64,000 nt of DNA from an uncultured Acidobacteriaceae bacterium (GCA_963696275.1 CAVOJQ010000012.1:1001173-1065172), one strand, 5' to 3'; shown: positions 41,982 to 53,372, counted from the first letter of the stretch. Notes: generated from the letters alone by a model not told the origin. Numbers and translations are program-made.

Positions 41982-43388
41982 ATGGCGGTTCCCGAAAACA
42001 TAATCGCCTGGCAACACTGCCTGCCGTATGCTGAAGATGTGAACGCGCGGACCTGGAAGGCGTGGCTGGTTCCCGGCGGCTTGCTGCTGGCCCTGGCGGC
42101 CACGCTCATCAACAGTTCTTTGTTTCTCCAGGTCGCGCCCTCGCTCTCCTTCTATTACGTTGGTGCGTTTACTGCCGGACTGCTTCTCGCGTGGCGTTTC
42201 AACTCCAGCCGTGTCCTGTTCTCGCTGCTGGCTGTGCTGCTCGCGCACCGCGCGGTGGATTTCTTTGCCCGCGGTCAGGTCCGCTACGGACCCGGCCGCA
42301 TGGCGGTCGCGCTCGCCGCCCTGCTGCTTCCGCTGAACTTCATCGCCTTCGCCTCCATGCGCGAGCGCGGACTGATCTTCGCCGGAATCGCGCCGCGCTT
42401 CTCATTGCTCTTCCTCGAATCGGTGGCCTTCGCCGTTCTCTGCCGCCCGGAAAATAGTCCGGCCAACGCTCACCCCACCGGGACGGCGGCCATCCCGCTG
42501 TGGATTTTCTTGAGCTTCGCGGCCGCCATCGCCGTCTTAGTCCGCCGTTTTTTTCTGACGCGCAAGCCCATCGAGCCCGGATTTGTCTGGGCCGTCGCCG
42601 CCGTTTTCCTGTGGCTGCAATTCGCTCCCGTCGGCAGAATGTCCGACGCCTATGTCGCCACCGCCGCCCTCATCCTGGCCGCGTCGATGATCGAAACTTC
42701 CTATGTGCTCGCCTACCACGATGAACTCACCGGCATCCGCGGTCGCCGCGCCTTCAACGAGTCCCTGCTTTCGCTCGATCAGCAATACGCCATCGGCATC
42801 GTCGATATCGATCATTTCAAGAAATTCAATGACACCTACGGACACGACGTCGGCGATCAGGTGCTGTGCATGGTGGCGAAGCGCTTGTCGGAAGTCGGCG
42901 GCAACGGCCAGGCCTTCCGCTGCGGAGGCGAAGAGTTTGCCATCGTCTTTCCTGGAACCTCGGCCAAAGAGGCCTATGAGCATCTGGACGCGCTACGCCA
43001 ACTGATTGAACAATCCACCTTCCATGTACGGGGCGCCGACCGCCGCGCCGAGAAGAGTGCCGAGCAACGTGGCGGGAAAAGTGCCGATAAAAGTGGCGAC
43101 CCGAATCAAGAACTGCGCAGCGGCCAGTCCGATCGCCGGAGGTCAACCAGGAAAAAATCCGCACCCGAAACGTCGCATCACGGCCCTGACCGTTTATCCG
43201 TAACCGTCAGCATAGGCGCAGCCGAACCCAGCACCCGCTACCGCCAGCCCGAGCAAGTGATCCAGGCGGCCGATCAGGCTCTCTACCGTGCCAAGCACAG
43301 AGGCCGCAACCGCGTGGAACTCGCATCCACAGCGCCGCTTCGGCTCACAGAACGCAAACGAGCCAAAGCGTCGCAGTCGCAACGATAA
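41982..43388 (+). CDS. membrane-bound diguanylate cyclase (GGDEF, GGEEF variant)
   Basis: N-terminal multi-TM region. 'HDELTGIRGRRAFNE ... IVDIDHFKKFNDTYGHDVGDQVL ... FRCGGEEFAIVF'. A charged low-complexity insert precedes 'VTVSIGAAE'. Confidence 0.8.
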   Translation: MAVPENIIAWQHCLPYAEDVNARTWKAWLVPGGLLLALAATLINSSLFLQVAPSLSFYYVGAFTAGLLLAWRFNSSRVLFSLLAVLLAHRAVDFFARGQVRYGPGRMAVALAALLLPLNFIAFASMRERGLIFAGIAPRFSLLFLESVAFAVLCRPENSPANAHPTGTAAIPLWIFLSFAAAIAVLVRRFFLTRKPIEPGFVWAVAAVFLWLQFAPVGRMSDAYVATAALILAASMIETSYVLAYHDELTGIRGRRAFNESLLSLDQQYAIGIVDIDHFKKFNDTYGHDVGDQVLCMVAKRLSEVGGNGQAFRCGGEEFAIVFPGTSAKEAYEHLDALRQLIEQSTFHVRGADRRAEKSAEQRGGKSADKSGDPNQELRSGQSDRRRSTRKKSAPETSHHGPDRLSVTVSIGAAEPSTRYRQPEQVIQAADQALYRAKHRGRNRVELASTAPLRLTERKRAKASQSQR

Positions 43389-43427
43389 GCCTCGCCACCG
43401 CCGCTCCCGTCTGGGAAACCTCCGGCG

Positions 43428-44612
43428 TCACCACTCGAAAAGATGGATAACAAAGAGAATGACGGTAGCCCCAAGCGGTACCACCATGGCCGCGCGCAGA
43501 CTGCCGGTGGCATGAGATATTACGCCGACCATCCACGGAAGCACCGCCGGACCGACCGACGCCAGCGAAAACATGACCGCGCCAATGCTGCGCGCGGCAA
43601 CGCCGAACCGCTCCGAGAGCCGTGCCACGGTGATGGGATACAAAGTTGCGAAACTAAGTCCCGTTATCATGGCGCCAACAATAACGCCCGCCAGTGATGG
43701 AGCCCAGATCATCAGTCCGATGCCCGCTGCTCCGCCCGCATAACCCGCGCGCAACACACGGCGTTCCGAAACGCCGCGCAACAAAACGCTACCCAGTGCC
43801 CGGCCGACGGTGAGCGCCGACCAGAAAAATGCAGGCATCATCGAGGCCATCGCCGCGCCCCGCGCCCCCAGCCGCGATACATACGAGCCGACCCATCCCC
43901 CCACCGCCGTTTCCGCTCCGGGATAGAGAAAGAAGACGGCCGCGAAAATCCAAATCGCGGGACTCTTCGCCATATCGATCCATGCAGCCGACGATTTTGC
44001 CGAAGTTTCCGCGGGGGGAAAATGCAGATTGCGCGTGGCCCACACCAGCGCCAGAAGGAACAACGCCACCCCGCCGAGAAAAACCGGCAATAGCTTGTGC
44101 GCTGCCGACCACGCCACCATCAGCGAGCAAAACACCGCGCCCACGCCCCAGAAGAAGTTCAACAGGCTCACCGCGCCTGCTCGTGAAGCCTCCGGTGTAG
44201 CCGGGTCCGCTCCGCCGCTGAGTTCCGCCACCAGCAGATTGTCGGAAGGAATGATCAGTCCCAACCCCAAACCGTACACCGCAACCGAGAACATCCCCAG
44301 CCAAAACCCGCCCAGATACAGGGTGGCCACTCCGCTAGCCATTAAAAGCAACCCCGATAGAAACGCCGGACGAAACCCCCACCGCGAGAGCAAGACGCCG
44401 GAGAGTTGTACCCCCACCAGCGACGCCAGAAATTGCACCAGAAAAAGATCCCCCGCGCGGGCGTCATCCATCGCCCAGTGCACCATCAGGATCGGCAGCA
44501 TCGGCCCGAGCAACGTGGTGAGAACGCCGGTCGGTAGAAAGGCTATCTGACCCGCCAGAATCAGCTTCCGCTTCGACGATGCCGGCAGGATGTCAACCGC
44601 AGAGTTGGCCAT
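43428..44612 (-). CDS. MFS transporter
   Basis: About 12 TM helices and an MFS-like loop pattern. Confidence 0.8.
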   Translation of the reverse strand: MANSAVDILPASSKRKLILAGQIAFLPTGVLTTLLGPMLPILMVHWAMDDARAGDLFLVQFLASLVGVQLSGVLLSRWGFRPAFLSGLLLMASGVATLYLGGFWLGMFSVAVYGLGLGLIIPSDNLLVAELSGGADPATPEASRAGAVSLLNFFWGVGAVFCSLMVAWSAAHKLLPVFLGGVALFLLALVWATRNLHFPPAETSAKSSAAWIDMAKSPAIWIFAAVFFLYPGAETAVGGWVGSYVSRLGARGAAMASMMPAFFWSALTVGRALGSVLLRGVSERRVLRAGYAGGAAGIGLMIWAPSLAGVIVGAMITGLSFATLYPITVARLSERFGVAARSIGAVMFSLASVGPAVLPWMVGVISHATGSLRAAMVVPLGATVILFVIHLFEW

Positions 44613-44701
44613 GCGTATCAGAGTGCGCCACTTTGGAGCCCGGAGTCTTTAGCATAGCGCAACCTCGCATTTCCACCGGATGCAAAGCGCAAGCAGCGGA
44701 G

Positions 44702-44727
44702 GGTTGGCGGAGATGGTTGGCGGATTG
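44702..44727. repeat. imperfect 13-bp x2 tandem repeat downstream of recG
   Basis: 'GGTTGGCGGAGAT GGTTGGCGGATTG' (10/13 identical). Confidence 0.5.
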
Positions 44728-44753
44728 GAATTTTTTGGGGCGGGACAAAAAAC

Positions 44754-46907
44754 CTAGCCAACCTCAACCAACCCATAGCTAAGCGCCCAGCGCGACCGCA
44801 TCTCTCGCAGCGCCCGGTCAATTTCTTCTTTCGATGTCTCGGCATTCGGCCCGCAGATCACCAACGCAGCCTCGCGTTTTGCTGCTTCCAGCAGTTCGCG
44901 ATCGCGAAGGAGATCGGCCACGCGAAAGCTCGGAATGCCCGCCTGCTTCGTCCCGAAAAATTCCCCCGGCCCGCGCAGCTCGAGATCCAGTTCCGCGATC
45001 TGGAAGCCATCATGCCAGCGCACCATGGCTTCCAGGCGCCTTTCGCCTTCTTCCGATACCTTGCCGCCGCGCATCAGTACGCAGTAAGACTTCGCCGCGC
45101 CGCGGCCGATGCGCCCGCGTAATTGATGGAGTTGCGCCAGCCCAAAGCGGTCGGCGTGTTCGATCACCATCACGGTTGCGTTCGGAACATCGACTCCCAC
45201 TTCGATCACCGTCGTCGCCACCAGAATTTCGATCTTGCCCTGTTGAAACTCGCGCATCACATGCTCTTTTTTGTCGGCATCGAGACGGCCATGCAGCAAT
45301 CCGACATGCAGTTCGGGAAAGATCTTTTCCCGCAACTGCCGGTACATCTGCTCGGCCGCCTTCAGTTCGCGCTCTTCGTTCTCTTCGATCACCGGATAAA
45401 CCACGTAGGCTTGATGTCCAGCCGCGACCTGCTTGCGGACGAAATCCCACACTTCGGGCGCGCGCTCGTCCGGCACCGAGCGAGTGATGACAGGTGTTCG
45501 CCCCGGAGGAAGTTCATCGAGTACCGAAACGTCAAGATCGCCGTAAAGCGTGAGCGCGAGGGTGCGAGGTATCGGCGTAGCCGTCATCACCAGCACATCC
45601 GGCTCGGGGTCGCTGGCTTCGTCCGCTTTCTTCATCAGCTTCAGCCGTTGCATCACCCCGAAGCGATGCTGCTCGTCCACCACCACCAGTCCAAGCTTTT
45701 CAAATTCGACGCGGTTCTGAATCAGCGCGTGCGTTCCGATTACAAGATTGGCGTTGCCTTGCGCGATGTGGCGCCGCACATCGCGCTTGCGCTCCTGTTC
45801 CAGCGATCCGGTCAGCAGCACGATGCGGCATCCCGCTCGTTCGAGAATCTGCCGCGCGGAAAAATAATGCTGCTGCGCCAGAATTTCCGTCGGAGCCATC
45901 AACGCTACCTGATAGCCATTTTCAATGGCGATAATCGCCGCCTGAAATGCCACAATCGTTTTGCCCGAGCCCACATCTCCCTGCAGCAGGCGCCGCATGG
46001 GATGCCTCTGCTGCATATCGGTCGCAATCTCCTTCAGCACTCGCTTCTGCGCCGCCGTCGGATGAAACGGAAGTATCTTTTTGATGGCCTCGCGAACCTT
46101 CGTATCCAGTTGAAATGCGATTCCGGTCTGCGCCTTCTGCTCGCGCCGCTTGAGTTCCAGTCCCAGTTCAATAAAGAACAGCTCATCGAAGATCATCCGA
46201 ATATGCGCCGCCGTCCGCGACGATTGCAGATCCGAAAAACTCTCTCCCGCATCCGGCCAGTGCACCTTCCACAGTCCCTCGCGCACCGAGACCAGGCCAA
46301 GATGCTCGCGCACCGCAGTCGGAATCGGATCCGCAAGATCGGGGTTCAGATTGTCCAGCGCCCAGCGAATAATCCGCCGAAACCAGCGCGGCGTCAGTTT
46401 GCCCTGGCCGGTCGATTCGTAGATCGGAACAATCCGTCCAATTTCCAGCGAAGCCGCCGCCCTTTTTTCAGCCTCATCCGCTCCGCCCTCTTCGTTCATG
46501 TCCCCAAGAATCTCGAATTGCGGCTGCATGATCTGCAGGTGCCCGTCGCGGTCTGCTTCCACCTTGCCGTAAAGCGCGACCATTTGTCCCGCTTGAAAGC
46601 GATCCTGCAGATAGGCGGCATTGAACCAGAGGCACTTCAACTTGGTGCGGCCCTGGCCTACCGTGAGCTGGAAGATCGGCGCGCGCCGGGTACGAAAGAG
46701 TCCCGAGTTGCGGACTTCAGCAATCACCGTCGCCATCTCTCCCGCCCGCAACTCGGCCACCGAACGCGGGTTCAGCCGGTCTTCGTAACGGAAAGGAAGG
46801 TAATGCAGAAGATCATCGACAGTGGCAATTCCTTTGGCAGCAAGCACTTCGGCCAGCCGCGGGCCGATTCCTTTTACGTACTGCACTGCCGTCGATGGTT
46901 CCAGCAT
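44754..46907 (-). CDS. recG: ATP-dependent DNA helicase RecG
   Basis: Wedge/OB N-terminus. 'LLQGDVGSGKT', 'VVDEQHRFGV', 'LVMTATPIPRTL', 'ATTVIEVGVDVPNATVMVIE', 'LHQLRGRIGRG'. Confidence 0.9.
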   Translation of the reverse strand: MLEPSTAVQYVKGIGPRLAEVLAAKGIATVDDLLHYLPFRYEDRLNPRSVAELRAGEMATVIAEVRNSGLFRTRRAPIFQLTVGQGRTKLKCLWFNAAYLQDRFQAGQMVALYGKVEADRDGHLQIMQPQFEILGDMNEEGGADEAEKRAAASLEIGRIVPIYESTGQGKLTPRWFRRIIRWALDNLNPDLADPIPTAVREHLGLVSVREGLWKVHWPDAGESFSDLQSSRTAAHIRMIFDELFFIELGLELKRREQKAQTGIAFQLDTKVREAIKKILPFHPTAAQKRVLKEIATDMQQRHPMRRLLQGDVGSGKTIVAFQAAIIAIENGYQVALMAPTEILAQQHYFSARQILERAGCRIVLLTGSLEQERKRDVRRHIAQGNANLVIGTHALIQNRVEFEKLGLVVVDEQHRFGVMQRLKLMKKADEASDPEPDVLVMTATPIPRTLALTLYGDLDVSVLDELPPGRTPVITRSVPDERAPEVWDFVRKQVAAGHQAYVVYPVIEENEERELKAAEQMYRQLREKIFPELHVGLLHGRLDADKKEHVMREFQQGKIEILVATTVIEVGVDVPNATVMVIEHADRFGLAQLHQLRGRIGRGAAKSYCVLMRGGKVSEEGERRLEAMVRWHDGFQIAELDLELRGPGEFFGTKQAGIPSFRVADLLRDRELLEAAKREAALVICGPNAETSKEEIDRALREMRSRWALSYGLVEVG

Positions 46908-46992
46908 CTTATGCGATGTTAGCAGGAGATTTTAGAACCGGCGGAGGCCAGCAGTGGCGACGGATCAGCAAAGGCGGCGGACACGGACGACG

Positions 46993-47181
46993 ATGAAGAA
47001 TTTTCTCGACGCTCTCGTGGCCGTCCTGGCCGGCAACGTCATCTACTTCGTCCTCATGCCGCACCTGCCTCGTGTGGCAAGACATGCGCTCTTCCAGGAG
47101 GACTGGGGCTTGCTCTTGGATTTCCTCATCTGCACCGTCATTTTTGCGGCCGTCAAGTTCGCGCGGCGCGACGAAGCATGA
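46993..47181 (+). CDS. small two-TM hypothetical protein
   Basis: 'MKNFLDALVAVLAGNVIYFVLMPHL ... LLLDFLICTVIFAAVKF'. Weak. Confidence 0.35.
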   Translation: MKNFLDALVAVLAGNVIYFVLMPHLPRVARHALFQEDWGLLLDFLICTVIFAAVKFARRDEA

Positions 47182-47357
47182 CGACGGATCAGACGACGAC
47201 GGACAAACGATCATTGATCCTGGCCTGGACAGACCCGGCCTGGGCAGATTCTGGCCCGGTCGGATCCTGGCCCGGACGCGCCAAGCCTCGTCTCTACGAG
47301 CGCGATCCAGTAAACTCATCGCGTAATGTTCACCCTCATTCCCTTGAGTCCCATCCC

Positions 47358-48422
47358 ATGCTGAAGCCACGAGCATTGGTCGCCAGCCTCAGCCCCTATC
47401 ATTCGCCCATCGGAAGCCGCGCCGGGCTGAGCCTCGATCTCAATGAGAGTATGGCGGGATGCTCGCCCCGAGTCCTGGGCCGCCTGCATTCACTCTCGGC
47501 GTCGGACGTATCGCTCTATCCGCAGCGTGAACTGGGCGAGCAGCTGATCGCGAACTTCCTCGGCCTCGCGCCCGATCAGGTCTTGCTCACCAATGGAATG
47601 GACGAGGCCTTGTCCCTCCTGTTTACCGCGTACCTCAGCCCCGGCGATGAGTTGCTGTTTGCCGATCCGACTTTCGTACTCTATCCGGTGCTCGGCCACG
47701 CCCTCGGCGCACAAGTCGTCCGCCTGCATTCGGCCGGAGATCTGGCCCTTCCCATCGCTGCTTTGCTGGCTCACATCACGCCGCGCACTCGGGTAATCGT
47801 TATCGCGAATCCCAATAACCCCACCGGGCTGATGGCAGCACGCGCCGATCTGCTGCGCATTGTGGAAGCGGCGCCTGACGCCGCGGTGATCATCGACGAA
47901 GCCTACTTCGAGTTCTCCGATGGCGAAACCCTGCTCCCTGATTTGGCCGGCCACTCCAACCTCTTCGTGGCGCGGACTTTGTCCAAGGCCTACGGGCTTG
48001 CCGGGATTCGCATCGGCGTGCTCACCGGCGCCGCGCAGCAAATCGGCTACCTGCGCGGATTGAGCTTGCCCTTCAATGTAAATTCCGTGGCGCTCGCTTG
48101 TCTCGAAGAGGCGCTAGCCGATCAGCCCTTCGTTCGTGAGCATGTCGCGGACGTGAAGCAGAGCCGCCAGCGGTTGTCACATCTGCTCCTGGAGATGGGT
48201 TTGCGCTTCTGGCCCAGCCAGACCAACTTCGTTCTGGTCCGAATCGGTCCGAAGGTGAAAGCCTTCGTGGAATCGATCGAGCGCCGCGGCTTTCAGCTCC
48301 GCGATTCCTCCGCCAACCCAGGCTGCGAGGGATGTGTTCGAATCACCGTTGGAACACCCGCCCAGATGGATGGATTGCTGCAAGCAATCCGCGAGGCCGT
48401 CGCCGAAATAAAGCTCGTTTAA
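47358..48422 (+). CDS. hisC: histidinol-phosphate aminotransferase
   Basis: 'LDLNESMAGCSP', 'YPQRE', 'IANPNNPTG', 'IDEAYFEF', PLP-Lys context 'RTLSKAYGLAGIRIG', 'VRITVGTP'. Start at ATG 47358. Confidence 0.85.
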   Translation: MLKPRALVASLSPYHSPIGSRAGLSLDLNESMAGCSPRVLGRLHSLSASDVSLYPQRELGEQLIANFLGLAPDQVLLTNGMDEALSLLFTAYLSPGDELLFADPTFVLYPVLGHALGAQVVRLHSAGDLALPIAALLAHITPRTRVIVIANPNNPTGLMAARADLLRIVEAAPDAAVIIDEAYFEFSDGETLLPDLAGHSNLFVARTLSKAYGLAGIRIGVLTGAAQQIGYLRGLSLPFNVNSVALACLEEALADQPFVREHVADVKQSRQRLSHLLLEMGLRFWPSQTNFVLVRIGPKVKAFVESIERRGFQLRDSSANPGCEGCVRITVGTPAQMDGLLQAIREAVAEIKLV

Positions 48423-48497
48423 TGGTGGACAGCCGCGCGTCCGCGGGCCCGCCCTCCGGGTTGCAACCGCGCTCGAAAATCCGGCAACATATCCGTC

Positions 48498-48827
48498 ATG
48501 AAGACGATTCTCCTCCTTACTTGCTCCAACATTTTCATGACCTTTGCCTGGTATGGCCACTTGAAATATCGCCAAGCTCCGCTCCTAAAGGTTATTGTCA
48601 TCAGCTGGATCATCGCTTTTGCGGAATACTGTTTCCAGGTTCCGGCCAACCGCATCGGCTCCTACGAGTTCACTCTGGCGCAGTTGAAGACCATCCAGGA
48701 GGTGATCACGCTGACCGTGTTTTCGGTCTTCTCGGTCCTTTACTTCCACCAGTCGCTGAAGTGGAACTACTATGCCGGATTTGCCTTGATGGTGTGCGCC
48801 GTCGCTGTCATCTTCAAGAAATGGTGA
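48498..48827 (+). CDS. DMT-superfamily small membrane protein (DUF486)
   Basis: 'MKTILLLTCSNIFMTFAWYGHLKY ... IQEVITLTVFSVFSVLYF'. Confidence 0.7.
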   Translation: MKTILLLTCSNIFMTFAWYGHLKYRQAPLLKVIVISWIIAFAEYCFQVPANRIGSYEFTLAQLKTIQEVITLTVFSVFSVLYFHQSLKWNYYAGFALMVCAVAVIFKKW

Positions 48828-48986
48828 GGCAGCATGTTGGAGCGCACTGCGCCGCTGGCTCCCATTTACGCGTATCATAGAGGGTTTTCGGAGAGCGTTT
48901 TCCATCGTGCGCCCGATCGGCATGGGTCCGCAAAAGAAACTCTGTGCTCATATCAGGAGCTGAAAATCCAAAGGCTGGTTTCCCAT

Positions 48987-50711
48987 ATGCTGATCTTCCG
49001 CAAACCTCTTCCCAACATCGAGCATCCCGAAATGCCGGCCGACGTCGTCATCGTCGGCGGCGGACCCGCGGGCATGGCCTGCGCCCTGCGCCTTTCGCAA
49101 TTGATCGACGATCATAATGCCCATCATCCTGGCGCCCAGCTGAGCAAGGAAAATATCTACCTGCTCGAAAAAGCGCGCGAAGCCGGGCAGCATTGTCTTT
49201 CCGGCGCTCTCCTAGACCCGCGATCCATGAAAGAGCTGCTTCCCGGATTCGAGCGCGAAGCGCCACTCGACGCCGAGGTCCACAAAGAAGCGGTTTACTT
49301 CCTCACCCGCAAGGATCATCACCAGCTCCCGATCACGCCTCCGCCGCTGCAGGATCATGGCAACTATGTCATCTCCATCAACCGTTTCGTGAAGTGGCTC
49401 GCAAGCAAGGTAGAAGAGGCGGGAATCACGATTTTCACCTCTTTTGCCGGATCGGAACTGCTCTACGAACAAGCCCCCGATGGCGATCGCGTCATTGGCG
49501 TCCGCACCGACGACAAGGGCGTCGACAAACAGAACCAGCCCAAATCAAATTTCGAGCCGGGCTATGACCTGAAGGCCAAGGTCGTGGTCCTCGCCGAAGG
49601 CACTCGCGGATCGCTCACCAAGCAACTCATCCAGAAATTTGACCTGATGAAAGATCGCAATCCGCAGACCTACGGCTGCGGCGTGAAAGAACTCTGGGAG
49701 CTCCCATCCGGCCGAATCGCGCCCGGTGAAGTGATCTACACCATGGGCTATCCTCTTTCCACCAAGGATTACGGTGGCGCGTGGATTTATGGCTCCAAAG
49801 ACAACATCGTCTCGCTCGGCTTCGTCACCGGCCTTGATTACCAGGACCCGCGGCTCGATCCGCAGCATGTGTTGCAGACCTTCAAGCAGCACCCTTTCAT
49901 CTCCAAATTGCTCGCCGGTGGCAAGATGATCCGCTACGGCGCCAAGTCGCTTCCCTATGGTGGATGGTGGTCGCTGCCGCCGCTCGGTGGAGACGGCTGG
50001 ATGATCATCGGAGACTCCGCCGGCTTCCTGAATTCCGCTCGCCTGAAAGGCATTCATCTCGCCATCAAGAGCGGAATGCTGGCCGCCGAAACCGCGTTCG
50101 AAGCGCTGGTGAAGTCCGACACCTCGGCCGCTAGGCTCGGTACATTCCAGCGGCGCGTCGAAACCAGTTGGATTCAGGATGAATTGTGGCCCGTGCGCAA
50201 CTTCCACCAGGGATTCGAAAACGGCATGGTCGCCGGCATGATCAACACCGTGCTGCAGGATATCTTCCCCGGCGGCTTGCGGAATCGCGTACCGTCACAC
50301 GCGGGCTATGAAAACCTGCAACCCGTGGCTAAACTGCCTGCCGACGGCGGAGCGGAAGCGCCTCTCCTCGGTCCCGCCAGGGGCGATGGCAAACTCACCT
50401 TCGACAAACTCACCGACCTCTATCACTCCGGCACCAAACACGAAGAGGATCAGCCGGCCCATCTGATCATTCACGACACCAACATCTGCAACGACCGTTG
50501 CGTCAAAGAATTTGGCAGCCCCTGCCAGAACTTCTGTCCCGCAAACGTCTACGAAATGGTCGACGATAGCACTGCGCCCAACGGCAAGCGCATAAGTTTG
50601 AATCCCGCCAATTGCGTGCACTGCAAGACCTGCGACATTCAGGATCCCTACCAGATCATTACCTGGGTCCCACCCGAGGGTGGCGGCGGCCCGAACTATG
50701 ACGGGATGTGA
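48987..50711 (+). CDS. electron-transfer flavoprotein:ubiquinone oxidoreductase
   Basis: 'DVVIVGGGPAGMACA' FAD fold, 'LAEGTRGSL', 'GGWWSLP', 'GDSAGFLN', C-terminal 4Fe-4S 'CPANVYE ... NCVHCKTCDIQDP ... WVPPEGGGGPNY'. Confidence 0.9.
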   Translation: MLIFRKPLPNIEHPEMPADVVIVGGGPAGMACALRLSQLIDDHNAHHPGAQLSKENIYLLEKAREAGQHCLSGALLDPRSMKELLPGFEREAPLDAEVHKEAVYFLTRKDHHQLPITPPPLQDHGNYVISINRFVKWLASKVEEAGITIFTSFAGSELLYEQAPDGDRVIGVRTDDKGVDKQNQPKSNFEPGYDLKAKVVVLAEGTRGSLTKQLIQKFDLMKDRNPQTYGCGVKELWELPSGRIAPGEVIYTMGYPLSTKDYGGAWIYGSKDNIVSLGFVTGLDYQDPRLDPQHVLQTFKQHPFISKLLAGGKMIRYGAKSLPYGGWWSLPPLGGDGWMIIGDSAGFLNSARLKGIHLAIKSGMLAAETAFEALVKSDTSAARLGTFQRRVETSWIQDELWPVRNFHQGFENGMVAGMINTVLQDIFPGGLRNRVPSHAGYENLQPVAKLPADGGAEAPLLGPARGDGKLTFDKLTDLYHSGTKHEEDQPAHLIIHDTNICNDRCVKEFGSPCQNFCPANVYEMVDDSTAPNGKRISLNPANCVHCKTCDIQDPYQIITWVPPEGGGGPNYDGM

Positions 50712-50727
50712 CGCTTCACGTTGCTGG

Positions 50728-52536
50728 CTAGTTGCTGTCTTCGCCCACTTTCAGCACCGCCAGGAAGGCCTCCTGCGGAATATCCACGCGCCCGATGCGC
50801 TTCATCCGCTTCTTGCCCTCTTTCTGTTTCTCGAGCAGCTTGCGTTTGCGTGAAATGTCGCCCCCGTAGCACTTGGCGATCACGTTTTTGCGGATGGCCG
50901 GCACCGTTTCCCGCGCAATGACCTTCGCTCCAATCGCCGCCTGAATCGCCACTTCAAACATCTGCCGCGGGATTAACTGCTTCATCTTTGCCGCCAGCGC
51001 CCGCCCGCGATCATAGGCAAAATCACGATGGATGATCGTCGAGAGCGCATCGACCGGCTCGCCCGCCACCATAATGTCAAGCTTTGCCATCGGCGATACC
51101 CAGTTGCCCGAGAGGTGATAGTCCAGCGAAGCATATCCTCGCGATACCGACTTCAGCCGATCGTAAAAATCGAGCACAATTTCATTCAGCGGCAGTTCAT
51201 ATTGCAGCATCACCCGCGAAGAGCTGACGTATTCGAAGCTCTTCTGCTTCCCGCGCTTTTCTTCGACCAGCTTCAGAATGCCACCCACATATTCTTCATT
51301 GGTCAAAATCACCGCCAGAATCACCGGCTCTTCCACCTTCGCGATCTCGCTGACGTCCGGCCATCGCGACGGATTATCCACTTCGATCAACTGTCCATCG
51401 GTCTTCGTGATCTGGTAACGCACTCCCGGAGCCGTCGTAATCAGCTCGAGATTGTATTCGCGCTCCAGCCGCTCCTGAATGATCTCCATGTGCAACAACC
51501 CCAGAAAGCCGCAGCGAAACCCAAATCCCAGCGCCACCGAACTTTCCGGCTCAAAGAAGAATGACGAATCGTTGAGCTTTAACTTCTCCAGCGCCTCGCG
51601 CAGTTGCGTGTGTTCGTGCGCGTCCACCGTGTACAGGCCCGCGAAAACCATGGGCTTGATTTCTTCAAACCCCGGCAATGCCTGGATCGCCGGCCGGTCG
51701 TCATCCGTAATCGTGTCGCCAATCTTCGTGTCGGCTACATTTTTTATATTCGCGATGATGAATCCCACTTCCCCCGCCACTAACTCGTCGATCTCCGCCG
51801 GCTTGGGCGTGAGCACGCCCAGGGTTTCCACTTGAAAAACATGTCCGTTCGACCACAGCCGGATCTTCTGGCCCTTGCGCAGCGTGCCTTCAAACACCCT
51901 CGCCAGCACCACCACGCCGCGATACGGATCGAACCACGAATCAAACAGCAACGCCTGCAGATGCCGCTCCGGTGACCCCTTCGGCGGTGGCACCCGCTTC
52001 ACGATCGCTTCGAGAACGTCGGGCACGCCCTGCCCCGTCTTCGCGCTGATCAGCAACGCATCGGATGCATCCAGCCCGACCGCGCTCTCGATCATCTCCT
52101 TGGTGCGCTCAACATCGGCGCTCTGCAAGTCGATCTTGTTGATCACCGGAATAATTTCCAGCCCATGATTGATCGCCAGATACGAGTTCGCCAGCGTCTG
52201 CGCTTCCACCCCCTGCGAGGCATCCACCACCAGCAGCGCCCCTTCGCAGGCGGCCAGCGAGCGCGATACTTCGTAGGAAAAATCGACGTGCCCCGGAGTG
52301 TCGATCAAATTGAGTTGGTAAATTTGCCCATCCTGCGCCGGATACAGCATGCGGACGGCGTGCGCCTTGATGGTGATCCCGCGCTCGCGCTCCAGATCCA
52401 TCGAATCCAGGACCTGCTCCTGCATTTCGCGCATCGCCAGCGACCCGGTCAGCTCCAGCAGCCGGTCGGCCAGCGTGGATTTTCCGTGATCAATATGCGC
52501 AATAATCGCAAAATTGCGGATGTGAGAGGCTTCCAT
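50728..52536 (-). CDS. lepA: translation elongation factor 4
   Basis: '[22 protein letters not shown]', '[12 protein letters not shown]', 'NKIDL', LepA C-terminal '[19 protein letters not shown]', '[26 protein letters not shown]'. Confidence 0.95.
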   Translation of the reverse strand: MEASHIRNFAIIAHIDHGKSTLADRLLELTGSLAMREMQEQVLDSMDLERERGITIKAHAVRMLYPAQDGQIYQLNLIDTPGHVDFSYEVSRSLAACEGALLVVDASQGVEAQTLANSYLAINHGLEIIPVINKIDLQSADVERTKEMIESAVGLDASDALLISAKTGQGVPDVLEAIVKRVPPPKGSPERHLQALLFDSWFDPYRGVVVLARVFEGTLRKGQKIRLWSNGHVFQVETLGVLTPKPAEIDELVAGEVGFIIANIKNVADTKIGDTITDDDRPAIQALPGFEEIKPMVFAGLYTVDAHEHTQLREALEKLKLNDSSFFFEPESSVALGFGFRCGFLGLLHMEIIQERLEREYNLELITTAPGVRYQITKTDGQLIEVDNPSRWPDVSEIAKVEEPVILAVILTNEEYVGGILKLVEEKRGKQKSFEYVSSSRVMLQYELPLNEIVLDFYDRLKSVSRGYASLDYHLSGNWVSPMAKLDIMVAGEPVDALSTIIHRDFAYDRGRALAAKMKQLIPRQMFEVAIQAAIGAKVIARETVPAIRKNVIAKCYGGDISRKRKLLEKQKEGKKRMKRIGRVDIPQEAFLAVLKVGEDSN

Positions 52537-52566
52537 GCAGATACCACGATTCTAGCAGCAGCGCTA

Positions 52567-52590
52567 GTGTGGCGCGGGCGCCCCGCCCGC
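52567..52590 (+). repeat. REP-like element, variant type
   Basis: 'GTGTGGCGCGGGCGCCCCGCCCGC', between lepA and the upstream membrane-protein gene. Confidence 0.75.
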
Positions 52591-52708
52591 GATCCGTCCG
52601 CGCAATCTCAAACCACGTAGGGACTCGCTACTCGTCCCTCCCTGAACGCGGAGCGCGACGGTCTTATCGAAAAGCCGAAGTCCACCGGCAGCGCAGGCCA
52701 ACCCTCTC

Positions 52709-53233
52709 CTACCCGCGGTGCGCCCTCCCGGAGAAAAACAATAGAGCGACCACCAGCGCAATGTTCCCAGCCTCGACCAGCAACGCGCTCGAGGTCCACC
52801 GTTTCGCTGGCTTGAATCGCGCCAGCAATCGGCTCACACCGAGCCACGTCATCACCATGGGCGCGCCGAACAGACGATACATACAAAAATTGCCTAGGAC
52901 CGTGTCCGACTGGCTGATTGCCGGCACCAGTATCAGCCCCAAACTAATCGGCGCCGTCAGGCTGAAGCCGAAAAGGACCTTCGAGAATGCCGTATAGATA
53001 GCCTCGCGTTTGCGGATCACGAAGGCCAGAAGAAACGTTGGAATCAGGAGGAGGCCCCCGATAAAAATCTCAAGCATCCAGTCGCCCGCCGCCGCCATGC
53101 CTCCGTTGAAGTCGCCCGGATTACGCAGGGCCAGCATATGGCGTACCGTAATCGCCACCGCCGCAAACGCCAGAACCGCCGCGTAACACGCCGCCACAAA
53201 ACCGAGCTGCACGCGCCAAGGAATCTTGTCCAT
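52709..53233 (-). CDS. hypothetical membrane protein
   Basis: Five hydrophobic helices. No family recognised. Confidence 0.5.
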   Translation of the reverse strand: MDKIPWRVQLGFVAACYAAVLAFAAVAITVRHMLALRNPGDFNGGMAAAGDWMLEIFIGGLLLIPTFLLAFVIRKREAIYTAFSKVLFGFSLTAPISLGLILVPAISQSDTVLGNFCMYRLFGAPMVMTWLGVSRLLARFKPAKRWTSSALLVEAGNIALVVALLFFSGRAHRG

Positions 53234-53372
53234 AAAAAGATTCTAGGGCCGGACGTGCAATCCGCTATGTTACTTCCGTGCGCCGCAGTTATTCCGCCGG
53301 CCCAACCTCCTCCGCCACAAAAAAGGCGCGCGATCCCCCGGCGTGACGTCGCCTCCCCGTCTGGTACAAAGT

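Noticed and set aside
45123-46922. 599-aa plus-strand ORF.
   Set aside because: It is a shadow ORF antisense to recG. It is Arg/His/Leu-rich and non-homologous.
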